A DNA stretch of 64,000 nt from the human T2T-CHM13v2.0 reference genome, Homo sapiens: NCBI RefSeq assembly GCF_009914755.1, contig NC_060928.1, one strand, 5' to 3'. The first letter of the stretch is position 1; each line of letters opens with the position of its first letter. Position numbers and translations under genes: made by a program. The notes under the pieces are model-generated. The model made no database searches, was not told the origin of the DNA, and was given only the letters and a program-made list of their open reading frames with translations. Positions 26,757 to 42,005 of the stretch are shown piece by piece.

Positions 26757-29700
26757 CTAATCATTATCTGTAAAATGAAAAAATAATTGGAAATAAAATG
26801 TGGTATTACACAATTTATCACATTATATTAAAAGGGGCCTACATTAGAATGTGTAGAAGCAAGCCTTTTTTTTGGTATTAAAATCTCATAATCTCATTTA
26901 ATGATTTATTAATTATGGTTTTCTTTCCCATTACGGCCTTTTCTTTTATTGTTGTCATCTGGACTCTTCTATTTTAAATCACCTTTCTTTTTATGATTGT
27001 ATGAAAAACAAGTTAACCTAGTTAAGTTGGGTTCTAAGATGCCTGAATCAGTGTCCCACACCATTTATACCATCTCTTGAGGACATTAGATGATATTCAC
27101 GTGACCCTCACTTGAGTGTAATTCTTGAGCCAGGACCAAAGGTTTGACATGAGATGAATATTTCTCAGTTTTTTTTTCCTTGAGTTTCCAGACTTGAAAT
27201 TGGCTAGCAATCAGCTGGAATATTTGGTTATAGAGACAAATTTGGTTACGCTAGAAACCTGATCTTTAGAATGGCTTTATGCTCTTTATGCAATGCTGAA
27301 AGTCTTCAGAAAGTTTGTGTCAAATTTTCTTGCCTTTGTAGTTTATTCTGCATGATCAGAATAAGTGTGGCATAAGTTACTTTATATGACAAGGGCACAT
27401 ATTTTTTCCCCCCATGCTCAATATAATATGCAAATCAAAAGGACCCTCATACTATCTGTGCTATTGGCTACAGTGTATTATGTCTAACTTTTGAAATGAA
27501 CAGTGGCATTTTTATTTCATAGTCATCTATTGAGCACTCTGTTAGGATCTTGGAAAAAAGAAGCAGCAGGGCACATTCCTCCCTAATGTGTAACAGTCTA
27601 CTGGGGGAGACAGGGCAGACACATTTAGAAACAGAATTCTACAAGGATGTTGCAAGAACAGGGTCAAGTGAAGGGTGTCTGAGGTTCACAGGTGCTGAGG
27701 CTTGAAACCTTTCTTTTCTTCTTCTTTTGAATACAACACTTAGATCACATTGTTGCAGCTAATAAAGATGTATCATAAAATATGAGTACCAGTAGCTACC
27801 TGTAATGCATTTTGGAGATTTTCATTTTATTGTATCTTTCTTCAGAAAATTATGAGCATTTCAATCTGTTAGTACTCTGCAGTTGCATATCAATTGGACT
27901 CAAATTGCTCAATCTCTGATTTTCAGACCTATTTATTTTTTTCCTTCCTGATTATTGTGAGAAATACTTCCTGAGTATTGTGAGAAATACCTTTAAAACC
28001 TAGGTTTTAAAGGTAGCTGACTTTGCTATTGTGGTGAGTTATGCTTAAAAATTGGAAAAATAAATTATGATGTATTTTTGGATTAACTATTATTTACAGT
28101 TTTCAGGAGATTTTAGCACTGTATTTTATTTCATCATTATTATTTTTATTTGGTTGTATGTTATTTGGAGGGACTGTTCCAGTGCTTTTTGTGGTCTAAC
28201 CATGAAAGTCTCTGAGAATTGAACATTTATACACTTTTCCGGAGAACGCTGTGACCATGTTTATCTCTTTTTTCCTTTTGCTTTTCACCTTAGTTGCCTG
28301 TCTTTTGAAGCCTGCCATGCTGGCAATGATATCACATATTTCTGGTGCTTTTTGTAACTACCAGTGTGGACACCAATGGGGTGCCCATCTGAGTAGCCCT
28401 GGGTGTCGCCCTGAGCTCACCTGCATGTTGGCCTGAGCACTGCTGGTATTGTAGGGATAGTCAATGATTGCTTCCTTTGGGCAAGCAGGAGCTGCAACCC
28501 CCTGTGTAATTTTCTAGGCAGTAAGCAAGGGTGTGTTTACCATTATCCTTCTTGGCTGTTTAATAGCCATTATCTAATTTAAGGAGAAATCACAGCATCT
28601 ATGCAATCTGTCAAAAAACATGATGACTTAAACATACTTAATGTATTTCTAGAACCAAAGTAACAGTTGCCAGAAATGTTGAAGAAAGTAAATGTCTTCT
28701 CTGAGAAACTTTAGTTTGTGGGCAATGCATTGTATGTGTTAAAATGCATAATCTTTGGTAATTTTTCAGGAAACATTTTCTTATCGGTTATTTCTCACAA
28801 AATAACATGTTATTTGTGATTTCTCTTTCTCCATCTGTCCTTCCATTCCCCACACTTACCCCAAGGAAAATCTTAGGGAAATTAACACAACTAAGGAGAA
28901 GGCTTTCTTCTTGTTACTGGGAACACTGTGTAAACAAAATGATCAGAAGAATCTCTTTTAAATCTTGAAAAAGTATATTTGTTGGAGGTTGAAGCTATGT
29001 TGTTATGTTTATATATTTTTCTACCTCAGTAGTCTGTAATCTCCTGAATGAAGTGTCTGTATCTTATTCATTTTTTATGTCATCAGTCTCTAGCATGGAC
29101 TGATGCAGAGTAGGTACTCAATAAGAAGTTGTCCAGGAGAGCTGAACTGGAGGCATGCAGCTGCAGTTATAAAGATGAAAAGTGATAGAGAAAAAATATT
29201 TGCTACTCAGAATTTCCAAAGAATTGTCTGAAAAATGTGAAAAGACTTCGAGCCAAAATATGACAAAGAAAACTCGCATTCAGAATGTTTTTCTTTGTAA
29301 TTTGTCTTGGCAACATTTATTCCTTTGCACAGATCCATGTGGTTGTTAGATTGCTTTCAAATAATATCGTTGTATGACAGGGTGACTGCATATACTTTTA
29401 CCACAAAATACCTTCACAAAACAGTTTATCTTTTTATAATTACCTTTTGTCTTTTCCTTTACTTACTCCTACAGATTTTAGGCTTTTGGCAGATTCAGAA
29501 AAGATTTATCTTTTATTTGCTTTTAACAATATAAAGACATAGTGATTCTCCTATGATTCTGTATTCTGTAAATTTAGGTCTGTCATCACCATACTTTATT
29601 TAACATAGAGAATTTTTTATATATTACCTGTGAAACTCCAAATAATTTGCAAAATTAAGATATCAAAATGGTATATGATAGCTCACACCATGAGGTTGTT

Positions 29701-31105
29701 TTTACCAGGAGGTAGAAGGATACTTTGGGTCTGTAACACAAACTACTAACAATAAATTTCTGTCCATCCTAATTGCGAATATACCAGTTTTTAGGAGTGA
29801 CCTCAATGTTGCTGCACTCTGAAGTTTTAAAAACGTGGGTATGTTTAACAGCTCCCCAATGAATCTGAGCAAAAACCTGAAGTGTTGGAGCTCTGCCCTA
29901 ATTTGGTGGACAGATTTTTCACAAATCTTTATTGCTAAGAAGATGGAACATTTGACAATTTAAAGTCATGTCCCCCATAAGTTGAGAGTAAACGCATTAG
30001 TAATAGTGTCACTTGAATTTATCTGTTTTTTTTTTTTTTTTGTGTGTGTGAACAGCTTATAATGCTTTATGGAGCTTATCAAAGCCACATGGTGATGACT
30101 GTCAGGCCTGGAGTTGTGCAAAAATGAACTTTGGCTCTTGCAGCGAAGGAAAATTAGACGCTAAAAACCAGGGATTTTTTTTAGAATTACCTAAGACAGG
30201 GTTTGTAAGATTTACAACCAAATTCACGGATGTGATGATTGCAGTGCTCCCTCACCAAGGAAGCCAGCCAACTGTGAGGATGTCTCACTGGTTGTGTGTG
30301 AAGACAACTAAGATGCCATCTAAGAAAATCTAACCTTCCAGCCTTGGCTTGTACAAGTGTGTCTGCCCTCAAAGAGTCATTCCAGCTTTCTGTCTTCTGT
30401 CTGAAAGAATAATTTAGGTCTAATTTTAAAATTGTCTAATTTTCCCCTAAAATTTTGAGTTCTTTATCTCTATTGTTACTATTCTGGGGTTTGGAACCCT
30501 CTGGCTTTTTCTCTAATGGGCTGTTCACTGAGCTTAGGTTTCTCACTTGGTTAGATTCGGGGTTAGTTTTAATGTAGTCACCATCCTGTGTTGAATCCTC
30601 AGGATCAGGAATGGATCTAGGCAGAATTATGTCTGACTGGGAGAGTAGCCAGGAAGAGGCCCAGGCCTCTGGAGCTGGGCAGAAGGTGGGGGTTGCCCTT
30701 GCTGGGAGCAGAGGGTGAATACCAGTGCTGACCTGCTGTCAGAGGGGCTCACCAGAAATGAGAAAAACCAGATGGTCACTAAGACCAGAGTTGGAATCCA
30801 CAGGACAGAGGCACAATGGGGTTGGAGAACCATGGGATATGAAAGTGTGAGGGGAAGGTTGAGACTAGATGAATGAGATGAGGTGGGCCATATTCCACAA
30901 TGGCAATGACATTTCCTGTGTGCACGCGTTTGTGTGTGTGCACGTGTGTGTGTGAATAGGGTAGCAGGTTTAGTTTTGGGTAGGCCAGGTCACATTAAAT
31001 AAACTGGCATGGGATAGGTACTAGGGAGCTGAGCAGAGTGATTACCATGAGGCTAAAGCTCCTCTGTTGCTGGGGGAAAGTGTCCAAAGGTGAGAGAAGT
31101 AAATA

Positions 31106-31441
31106 CAGTCATTCCTTGCATAACGATGTTTTGGTCAATGATGGGCCACATATATGACAGCAGTCCCATAAATTTATATTATTGTATTTTTACTGTACAT
31201 TTTCTATGTTTAGATACACAAGTACTTACTATTGTATTATAATTGCCTACAGTATTCAGTACAGTCATGTGCTGTATGGGTTTGTAGATTAGGAGCAATA
31301 GGTTATACCACATAGCCTAGGTGTGTAAGAGGCTGTACCATCTAGGTTTGTGTGAGAACCTCTCTGATGTTCACACAATGACAAAATTGACAAACGATGC
31401 ATTTCTTGGAATGTTTCCTGTCATTTACCAATGCATGACTG
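31106..31441. mobile_element. Tigger3a/MER7A-like MITE
   Basis: TIR ends cagtcat...atgactg, TA at left flank, internal 'catagcctaggtgtgt...gctgtaccatctaggtttgtg'. Confidence 0.85.
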
Positions 31442-31862
31442 CATAAGACCTGATGATAACTCAGAATTCTGTATTTTCCTGCATACAGGGTGTTGCTGAT
31501 TTGCATCTGTTTGTCCCTTCCTTTATTGTCATTACTAGAAATAATGCTGGATTTTACCTCATAAAGTATTGGCTCATGAGTGCCACTCTTGACATGTTAC
31601 AAGGAGCTGGTAAAGCAGACATAGAGAAGCCTCTGTTCTTATTTTTGAGACTAAAACACAAGAAAGCTCTGCTTTCAGGCTGGTGGGCTTGAAAGCAGGG
31701 GACTCTTTTGTCACCACACAATTTGATCTTACTGGAGTACTGAGTTTTCATGGCATACTAATTGCTCTTTATTAAGAGTCATTTCTGTGGCTGTCATTAT
31801 GATTGTGCACCTTGATGTATATTGATAGAGTAAAAGATGAAAAGGTGAGAAGAAAATCTCCC

Positions 31863-32236
31863 TGATATGGACTGAATGTCTGTATCCACCCTGACCCCCA
31901 CCCAGAGTCATAAGTTGAAGCCCTAATTTCCAGTACGATGATATTTGGAAGTAAGACCTTTGGGAGGTAATTAGGTTATGAGGGTGGAGCCCTCATCAAT
32001 GGGATTAGTGCCCCTGTAAGAAGAGACATGCGAGAGATGATCTCTTTTTGGCCATGGGAGGACATGGTAAGAAGGTGGCCTTCTGCAAGCCAGGAAGGAA
32101 GGTCTCACCAGGAACGGAATCAGCTAGCACCTGGATCTTGGACGTCCAAGTCTTCAGAATTGTGAGAAATAAATGTCTGTTCTTTAAGCCACCCAGTCTA
32201 TGATGTTGTGTTATAGCAGCCTGAGCTGACAAGACA
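31863..32236 (+). mobile_element. MLT1A-type MaLR solo LTR
   Basis: TG...CA ends, 5-bp TSD CTCCC on both sides, internal AATAAA at ~32168, 'gggaggtaattagg...gggattagtgccc'. Confidence 0.9.
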
Positions 32237-33829
32237 CTCCCTGTTCTCTACACCCTACGTAGGCTGCTCCCTTGCAATATTTTTATGCTTGTTCAGTTGG
32301 CCACTTAGCATCCCAATCATTTTTCTTGACATGGCCCCCAGGTACCCAGATGTACTGGGGTTTTGTGTGGAGAACTGAACTGTGCACAGGCTACACCTTT
32401 GGCATGAACTGATCCTGTACCGAGGGGTATAGAAGTGCTCCCAGCTGTGGCCTCCTAACTTGGTTTACACAGCCCCGTATACAACACTTCAGAAGTGTGT
32501 CATCCTCAGCCTAGGATGACGCTGGCTAATGGCCCTGTAGGGAGGGAAGAGGTTTGAAAGGGAATGATAATTAAAGCAACTTCAGTTACATTGTGGATTT
32601 TCTAGGATTTCCAGGTACATGTTAGCATTTCCTGATCAAGAAAGTTGGTGATCTCAATTCTGTTTTCCATAAACGCATCATCATGGCAAAGGCTGATGGG
32701 GCAGAGAGACAGGATATATGACCCTTGTATATAACCCAGAAGTCAGGGATGTGGTCCCGCCACCACTCGTACCCTATCCTACGTACATAAAACTGTCCCA
32801 TATCTTTACTCTTGCGGGCTTTTGATTTTGTTTTGTTGAGTTCTGTGTTTATTTTTTGCTGTGTACTTAAATTGATTCAATAAGGCACATGATCTGAGCA
32901 AAAAAAGAAAGTTGGTGAAATAATAGATTTATTTACTAATGTTTCTGAATCTTTTTCATGTCACAGAGTGCTCAGTAAATAATAATATTTGCATGGTACA
33001 CTGGGTAAACAGTCTGGACATCTTTTGGCCTGGGGCTTGGGCTCTGCCTGGCCCTGCCTGGCAGCTCCCAGGAGTGAGGGGCATCTCCACCCACTTGAAA
33101 CTTACTCCAACCCTGGTTTAGAACCATGAGGATTCACAGTTGATGCAGTAGTAGCTTTATGCATTATGCAGCTTTATGCATTCTATACTGGCAACTTGGG
33201 TTATGATTTTGCTTTTGCTGTGATTTCCTAGTGTGCTTAGGACTTTTTGTCTGAATTATCTGATCTCTAACCCAGAGTCAATATGTTACTTATCTTATTA
33301 GCAACTAGGCATGCTGAGAGAATAAATAAATTGTGTGTAACTCTTTGAGTATCTTCAAAGTAATACCCTATGCTATTACAACGGTATCACAAATGTTGGA
33401 TCACAAATGTCATTTAGTCCATCCTTCTGTCCTCTCCTCAATCTTGTTGATAGTACAGGGTAGACTAAAACATCACAGCTGGGTTTCTTTATTTCCCCTG
33501 AATTTATTAATTCGCTCCTGACTGCTTTTTTCTTGTTTTGTTTTACTAAGAACTTTGTGTTCTGGTCCTGTCCAAGGTGCAGATGGTTATGCTTTCAAAA
33601 CACCTTATTGTCATAATAGCACTCATTTCAAATAATACTCTACTCTCAGTTTCACCATTTCAAGCACTATTCATTTGATTCTTGAGGAGAAGGTGATGCT
33701 CTTCCACTGATCCTCCAGGAAGGGTCTGATCCTCCAGGAAGGCTCCATCCACCTCGTTCCTTTCCCAGGTTCATAAGGAGGGTGGCAGTGTCAAATGAAC
33801 CCTGTGCCAGGCACTTTCACATTCAGTAA

Positions 33830-34070
33830 GGAGAGCATGGGTTTTAGAGTCAGACAGATCTAAGTGTGAATTTCCATCTCTTCCCTTTTAGACTCTGTAA
33901 CCTCAGGACATTAACTTTATGATTATGGGACTGTGTTTCATCCTATGTAAAGTGGAGCTAGTGGTAACTACTGGGTGTGTGCTGCCGTGATGATCACAAG
34001 TGAACCGTCCCAAAGGGGCTAGCAAACAGTGGGTGCTCAACAAACGATACATATAATTATCATTATTGAT
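33830..34070 (+). mobile_element. MIR
   Basis: 'ttagagtcagacagatc...ctgtgtttcatcctatgtaaagtggag'. Confidence 0.65.
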
Positions 34071-34155
34071 AATTCTGTAATGCATTGTACAGAGTCAGTT
34101 GTTTTACCGAACAAAATAAATTATTATTGCTTGTCTACCAACTTTGTCATTTCTA

Positions 34156-34460
34156 TTTTTTTTTTTTTTTTTTTGAGATGGAGTCTTGCTCTGTCGCCCA
34201 GGCTGGAGTGCAGTGGCGTGATCTTGGCTAATTGCATCTTCCGCCCCCACCCCGGATTCAAGCAATTCTCCTGTCTCAGCCTCCCAAGAAGCTGGGATTA
34301 CAGGCGTGCACCACCAGGCCTGGCTAACTTTTGTATTTTTAGTAGAGACGGGGTTTCACCATGTTGGCCATGCTGGTCTCGAACTCCTGGCCTCAAGTGA
34401 TCCACCCACCTTGGCCCCCCAATGTGCTGGGATTACAGGCGTGAGCCACAACTCCCAGCT
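34156..34460 (-). mobile_element. AluS
   Basis: Antisense Alu, poly(T) tail, TSD TCATTTCTATTT. Confidence 0.95.
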
Positions 34461-35399
34461 ATCATTTCTATTTAAGAAACCATTCATTTCAGAAAATTAG
34501 TTCTTACCAAAGATGTGTTAACTGAAATAACATTTTTTTCTTGCTTTCATTCCTCTGTCACTTCTATTTTTAATGTTTCTTTTATTCTGATTTTTAAAAA
34601 TTGGCATTTGGGGTCATTTTTAAGTTTTATTCTTGTCAAAAACATTACACAAACAGGTCTGTATTTCCCAGGGTGACCACCTTTCAAAAATGCCCAGCTG
34701 GCCCATTTCCATGCCTCAGCCATGTGCCCAGTTAGTCCTCTGACTATTATCAACAAGTTGAGAAATTTGACCTCTGATATATCAAGAGGCACATGCTTGA
34801 TGATTTCTTTCCTTGATTCCCTGCAAGGTTCAAAAGAGGGAAGCTCCTCTTATCCTTTATTTTTGGCTTCCACCTTGGAACTAATAAGCTTAGAAAAGAC
34901 TTTGGAAGGCTATCTGGTTATCCCTCCTGCTCCATGCTGAGGAGGGAGCATGGCATGGAGCATTGGAGTCAGAGCTGGGTTTGAATTCTCTCTCCGCCAG
35001 TTGCTAGTAATGTGACCGTCATAAACTTGTGCCAGGTGGCAGCAATTTGACCTTTATGAACTTGTGCCTGTCTGGGAGAAATTAAGGACTTGCGGCATGA
35101 CAATACTAGCTACGTGCCTTGTCTACCTGCTCTATGCTAAGTATCTACCACGCAGGGTGCTTTTGTGTCTGTTATCCCATAGCTTCTCCACAACTGAACA
35201 ATGTGGGTATTACTAAGTCCATTTTTCAGATGAGAAAATGGAGGCTTAGAGAGTTGGTAACTTGAATTACATTCACTTTATAAAAATTCTTTACTAATTT
35301 TGTTTTAAAGAAACTGTGTGAGTGGGACAAGATGTGGAGAATAAGAATTGAGCAAGAAATACCACTTTAGATTTGCTTTGACATTAAAGTTTTTTTTTA

Positions 35400-35894
<495 letters not shown>

Positions 35895-37324
35895 TTATTA
35901 TATGGTTGCTTTTCAAAGACCATTGTAAACAAAAATGATTCTATGACTGTAACAGAAATAGGAAACTCTCAGCTGGTCATCACTTCTATTTGGTATAAGA
36001 GTGGCATCATATGTACTTAGCTGGCATTTCCTGATTGACTGTTGGTTTTTATAGAACTGGAAGCAGAGGCAGGAAGACTTACAAAACAGACTCTGAGGTC
36101 TTCATCAAGGCTGGAATGTGGTAGTGACAGTCTGACATGCACTGCTTTTGGCTTTTCTTCCTTTTTGGCTTTGGCTGAAGCTAGTGAGCTGGGGGGACTG
36201 TGAAAGTTAAAACAAATGGAGAGTGTAGGGAAAGTGATCTTTGCTTTTTCTAAGACTCTTCTTGGCAATGGGACTTTTCTTCTGATATTTACAAGAAGAA
36301 ATAATTCTTTCTTTTTTAATAGTGGCATGTAAAGTGATCCAAGTAGGTAATAGTTCATAAGCAAGTCCCAAATCTCCAGAAAGGAGATGTCATGATACTG
36401 AACAGCTCTTTAAGAAGTGAGTGATGTTTTACTTTGGTCTTCAGAGGTCTGTGTTTATCCAAATAATGGAGTTTTGAGATAATGAGAAAAGCAAATGCAA
36501 AAAGTTACCTTAGACAACATGCGTATGTAATTTCTTCTTAGAGTTGGTTTGTCTCAACTGGTTATGGTTAATTTTATTTGTGATTATCTATTAGAGGTAA
36601 CACTGGTATTTATGCTCTAATTTCAGTCACTTGTTTGATGACCTTTCTAAACAAATACGTGTGCTGCTTCCAACTTAATTTTGGAATGCCATCACTTTAT
36701 ATTTATTATTTAGTTGTTTGAAACTCAAAATGTATTTCACTGTAGAAAGCAATATTAGAATGGTGCTTAGTGTTCCAGACCCATTCAAATCCGTACAAAT
36801 CTATTTCACCCATAATATACCTAAAACAGTACTATTAGCACTATAATATTATTAGTAATTTTGATACTGTGAGCTAATAATCTATATGGGTTGTATCACT
36901 TAGTAGCTGTGTGAACTTGACAACTTGCTTGCATCTTTAAATCTCAGTTTTATCATCTGTAAAAGGGGGATGATAATAGTAGCAGCTATTTCATTGACGA
37001 GTAGTCAAGCTTAAATAATTCATATAAAGCACTTATTATATTAAATTTTATTATTATTTCTATAATTTGGCCACATTTTCAGAAAATTGAACTTTGTGAG
37101 TTGGCCTTGGAACCTAAGCAACAAATGTAATATTACTTCCTTGGGAAAAATAGGTATCCTGTGTTTGGCAAGAAGGGACTATGCTGTAACTGGGAACATC
37201 CTTCTTCTTCTTTTCCCTTGTATCCCATCAATGTCTAGTAATACAAGGGACTGTATTAGTTTTTGGAGAGTTTTTATTCTTCTAGGATCACAGGGAAGCT
37301 CACTTTTCTGCAGAAACATCACAA

Positions 37325-38720
37325 GAGCCTCTAAGTGTTCAAGTGAAAGGAAGAGTAGCACGTCTCTCACTTTAAGTTAAAAGCTAGAAATGATTAAGCT
37401 TAGTGAGGAAGGCATCTCAAAAGCCAAGATAGGTCAAGAGTTAGGCCTCTTGCCGCAATCGTTAGTTAAGTTGTGAATGCAAAGGAAAAGTGCTTGAAGA
37501 AAATTAGAAGTGCTACTCCAGTGAATACACCAATGACAAGAAAGTGAAAACAACCCTTAAGATTTATGCTAAATCTCCTCTGCCTATGCTCTGAAGATGG
37601 AACAGCACAGCCTAGATAACAGTACATCTGTTTATAGCATGATTTACTGAATATTTTAAGCTCACCGTTGAGACCTACTTTCAAAATTTTGCTGCTTATT
37701 GACAAAGTGCCTGGTTACCCAAAAGCTCTGATAAAGAGGTACAAGGAGATGAATGGTGGTTTTTATGTGTGCTAAAATAACTTTCATTCTGCAGCTCATG
37801 GATCAAGGAGTAATTTCGACTTTCAAGTCTTATATTTAAAAACACATTTTGTAAGGCAATAGCTGTCATAAATAGTGATTTCTCTGATGGGTCTGGGCAA
37901 AGTAAATTGAAAACCTTCTGAAAAGGATTTACCATTCTAGATGCCATTAAAAACATTTATGATTCATGGGAGGATGCCAAAATATCAACAGAAACAGAAG
38001 TTTAAGAGGAAGTTGATTCTAATCCTTATGGGTGATTTTGAGGGTTCATTACTTCGATGGAGAAAGTAACTGCAGAAGTGATGGACATAGCAAGAGAACT
38101 AGAATTAGAAGTGGAGCCTGAAGAAGTGACTGAATTGTTACAACCTCATGACAAACTTGAATGGATGGGGAGTCACTTCTCATGGATGAGCAAAGAAAGT
38201 GATTTCTTGAGATCGAATCTGCTCCTGGTGAAGATGCTGTGAACATTGTTGACATGACAACAAAGGATTGGGATTCAGAATATTACATAAACCTAGTCGA
38301 TAAAGTAGCAGCACGGTTTGAGAGGATTGACTCCAATTTTGGAAAAAGTTCTACTGTGGGTAAAATGCTGTTCAACAGCAATGCATGCAACAAAGAAATA
38401 CTTTGTGAAAGGAAGAATCAATTGATGAGGCAAACTTTATTGTCCATCAGAGTTGAGGCAAGACCTTCCACTAGCAAAAAATTACAACTTGGTGAAAGCT
38501 CTGGTGATTGTTAGCATTTTTTAGCAATACAGAATTTTAAAATTAAGGTATGTGCATTTTTTAGACATAATGCTATTGCACACAATAGACAACAGTGTAG
38601 TATAAACGTAACTTTTATATGCATTGGGAAACAAAAATTTCATGTGACTCGCTTTATTGTGATATTTGTTTTATTGTGGTGGAGTGGAACCGAACCTGCA
38701 ACATCTCTGACATATGCCTC
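37325..38720 (+). mobile_element. Tigger1 DNA transposon, 5'-truncated and internally deleted; dead transposase
   Basis: Translates to ASKCSSERKSSTSLTL...KLEMIKLSEEG (Tigger1/TIGD1-type N-terminus) and EKVTAEVMDIARELELEVEPEEVTELLQ (C-terminal part); 3' TIR-like 'aacatctctgacatatgcctc' then TA; stops and frameshifts. Confidence 0.9.
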
Positions 38721-38952
38721 TAAAGACATTAAAAATATATATAACCTCACCACCATTATCATACCTAATACAATTAATAATAATTCCTTAGTACCGTCTA
38801 ATACCCAATTAATATCCAAGCTTTCTTGATTGTCTCAAAATAGTTTTTTAAACAGTTGATTTGTTTGAATTAGCATCTCAACCCATGTGTCACATTAGAT
38901 AGTTATGTCTTATGGGTGTCTTTTTTCTCTCAGAGTTAAGGAGAGTGTTTTT

Positions 38953-39566
38953 ATTTTATTTTATTTATTTTTTTTAACTTTTATTTTAGGTTTTGGGGGT
39001 ACATGTGAAGGTTTGTTACATAGGTAAACGCATGTCATGGGAGTTTGTTGCACGTATTATTTCATCACCCATGTATTAAGCCCAGTACCCAATAGTTGTC
39101 TTTTCTGCTCCTCTCCCTCCTTCCACACTCCCCGCTAAAGTAGACCCCAGTGTCTGTTATTTCCTTCTTTGTGTTCATAAGTTCTTGTCATTTAGCTCCC
39201 ACTTACAAGTGAGAACATGCAGTATTTGGTTTTCTGTTCCTGGGTTAGTTTGCTGAGGATAATAGCCTCCAGCTGCATCCATGTTCCTGCAAAATACATG
39301 ATCTTGTTCTTTTTCATGGCTGCATAGCATTCCATGGTATATTGGTACCACCCTTTCTTTATCCAGTGTCATTAACGGGCATTTAGGTTGATTCCATGTC
39401 TTTGCTATTGTGAATAGTGCTGCAGTGAACATTCATGTGCATACGTCTTTATGGTAGAATGATTTATATTCCTCTGGGTATATACCGAGTAATGGAATTG
39501 CTGGGTTGAATGGTAGATAGTTCTGCTTTTAACTCTTTGAGGATCACCTTACTGCTTTCCACTGTG
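38953..39566 (-). mobile_element. L1PA15/16-like 5'-truncated L1
   Basis: ORF2 C-terminal relic MFTAALFTIAKTWNQPKCP (39175-39432), 3' UTR and T-rich tail; TSD AAGGA(G/C)AGTGTTTTT at 38938-38952 and 39567-39581. Confidence 0.9.
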
Positions 39567-40324
39567 AAGGACAGTGTTTTTAAATTGGGATGTAACGTCC
39601 TTCCACAATGTGGACCACTCCTGTTTGTACAAACAAGTGGCTAGAACCAAACACGGGATGTCATTCTTATGGCAAAGGATGACAAGCTCAGGGCATTTTC
39701 CCCCAAAGTGCAGTCAGTGTAACCATGGAATCAGAAAACTCATAGTTTAAAACAACTTTAAATGTATTCCTTTTTTATTTAAGGTATCAATTTGAATCGT
39801 GGGTGTTAAAAAAAAACACCAACAATAAGCTCTATGCTATTCTCATGATATCCACATATTAATCATCTGCTTTGGCATCTTCTAGCACTACGTGTTGCCA
39901 TCCCTGGGGCAGATTTAGGTAGGCGAGGTTTCAAGTGGCAACAACTTGAGTCATGAACTTTGGAGCTAGTTTGGCAGAAGTTGATAAAGATTATATTAAC
40001 AAGTTAATGCAGATTGGCCTTTGTCATGAGCACTGAAACATTGCTCAGCACCTTCACAAGGCAGAAGTCAAGGTCAAGGCTCTGAACCCTCGGGATGAAG
40101 TCTCCTAAGGTGTGTTGATTCATTTTTGGATCTGCAGAGGATTGGGTCAAGTTCTGACATGGTGCTGTAGGATTCTGATCCAGCAGACCCCACCTGTAAC
40201 CTCTGTGCTACACTAGTTGTGGCCCCAGAAAGACCTTCTAAGCAGGTTTCAGGAAGCACCTTAATGGAAATGTTTATATAATGACAGAGACTTAGGTAAA
40301 GACTATAAGCTCGAGGAAGTATCA

Positions 40325-40855
40325 CTCTATTGCTTAGACCATCCAGTGGCTTTCTAGTTGTTCAGAGTAAGCACTAAAGCCCTTCATACAGTAGCCTTCC
40401 AGACCCAAAGCAGCCTGCCTCTCCTTTACCTTCACCTCTCTGATTTTATCTCCAGCCCTCCTGACTCACTCTGCACCACCTACTGGCCTCCTTGATGTTC
40501 CAGTAATCTTCCTGGCTATTTCCTGCCTCAGGGCCTTTGCATTTGCTGTTCTCTCACATAACTGCAAGTCTCACTTCCTTACCCTTTTCAATCTTTGATC
40601 AACTATCACTCGTTGAGGCCTTTCTTAACTACCTATTTAAAACTGCACCACTACCCAGTTTAACCAGCATTCCCTAAATCTCTTCCTTGCTTACATTTTT
40701 CCATTGTAGTATCAACTTTTAACACATTATGCAACGATTTTTAAATTTTGGGTATTGTCTATTTCCCACCATGGATTCATCCTTCGTGCCTAGAATAATG
40801 CCTAGTCATAGCAGACACTCAATAAATTGAATAAATGAATGAGTAAATGAATTAA
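40325..40855 (+). mobile_element. L2 3' fragment
   Basis: 'cctgcctcagggcctttgcatttgctgttc', ends 'ctcaataaattgaataaatgaatgag'. Confidence 0.8.
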
Positions 40856-41397
40856 ACTTTGGAAAATTAGGTCACAAGTGTACACTGAGAGATTTCTTGG
40901 GAAAAATGAAGGATAAACTTTGAACAGCATTGTGGAAAGAGACATTTTAATAAGGGAACACAGACTAGAGAAATGTCTTCAATGTTCTTGTAATAGTGAA
41001 CTGTGCTCATAAAGTTTATGAGATAAAAGTTGTTTTTCTGCTTAGTAGTGCAGCCCACGTGGTGAGTGATGCACTCTTCTGGCTTTTGATACAGTAGTTC
41101 CTTGGCATGTGTGAATTTAACAATTGTGATTTCAACTATTTGCTAGCAGCCCTAGAGGGTCATACCATGTAGTGGGTTTGTGCTTTGGTGGACAACCATG
41201 TGGCCAAGTGGTGAGCCGAGGCTGAGCTGGCAGATGGAAATTAGATGCTGTGTGATACTTGTGAATTGGGGAATTTGCAAAATGGGCCTGGGGAGGGGAT
41301 GTTCATGAATGTCAAGGGTCTGTATACTCTTTAATTATTCAGTGAGTCTACTCTTTCACTAAAGGTCTGTTTAATATTTGTGATCCCAGGTTCCTAG

Positions 41398-41717
<320 letters not shown>

Positions 41718-42005
41718 TGCACTGACATTCTTTTATTTGAGATGCAGAGATCTGTGCTCAATCAGGGTTGAGTGGAATGGGATTTAAAGAACTTATCAAG
41801 TATATAACTGAGTTCAAACAGTTCAAACTATTTTCAACTTTACATCTGATTCCCAAGAATGAAGCAGAAAATGAAGATGCTTGCATGTGGGCCTCCTAGA
41901 TTGAGTATCTGGCACAAGAAAAGCCTGCCCAAAGCCAAGTAGGCCGCCATTTCCCTTTCCTTTGTAGGGTGATCTCACATCCATGGTCCCTTAGATCCAA
42001 TGCTT

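Noticed and set aside
33707-33742. Short tandem duplications (19-bp period here; 30-bp period at 53327-53378; also ~33153 and ~51143)
   Set aside because: Ordinary slippage duplications with no evident motif or structure; one lies within a MIR
37087-38514. Transposase-like ORFs as a domesticated TIGD-like gene
   Set aside because: Start codon lost, early stop, large internal deletion near 37550 and frameshifts; a dead Tigger1 copy
39175-39432. ORF MFTAALFTIAKTWNQPKCP...
   Set aside because: Frameshifted relic of L1 ORF2 C-terminus in a truncated element
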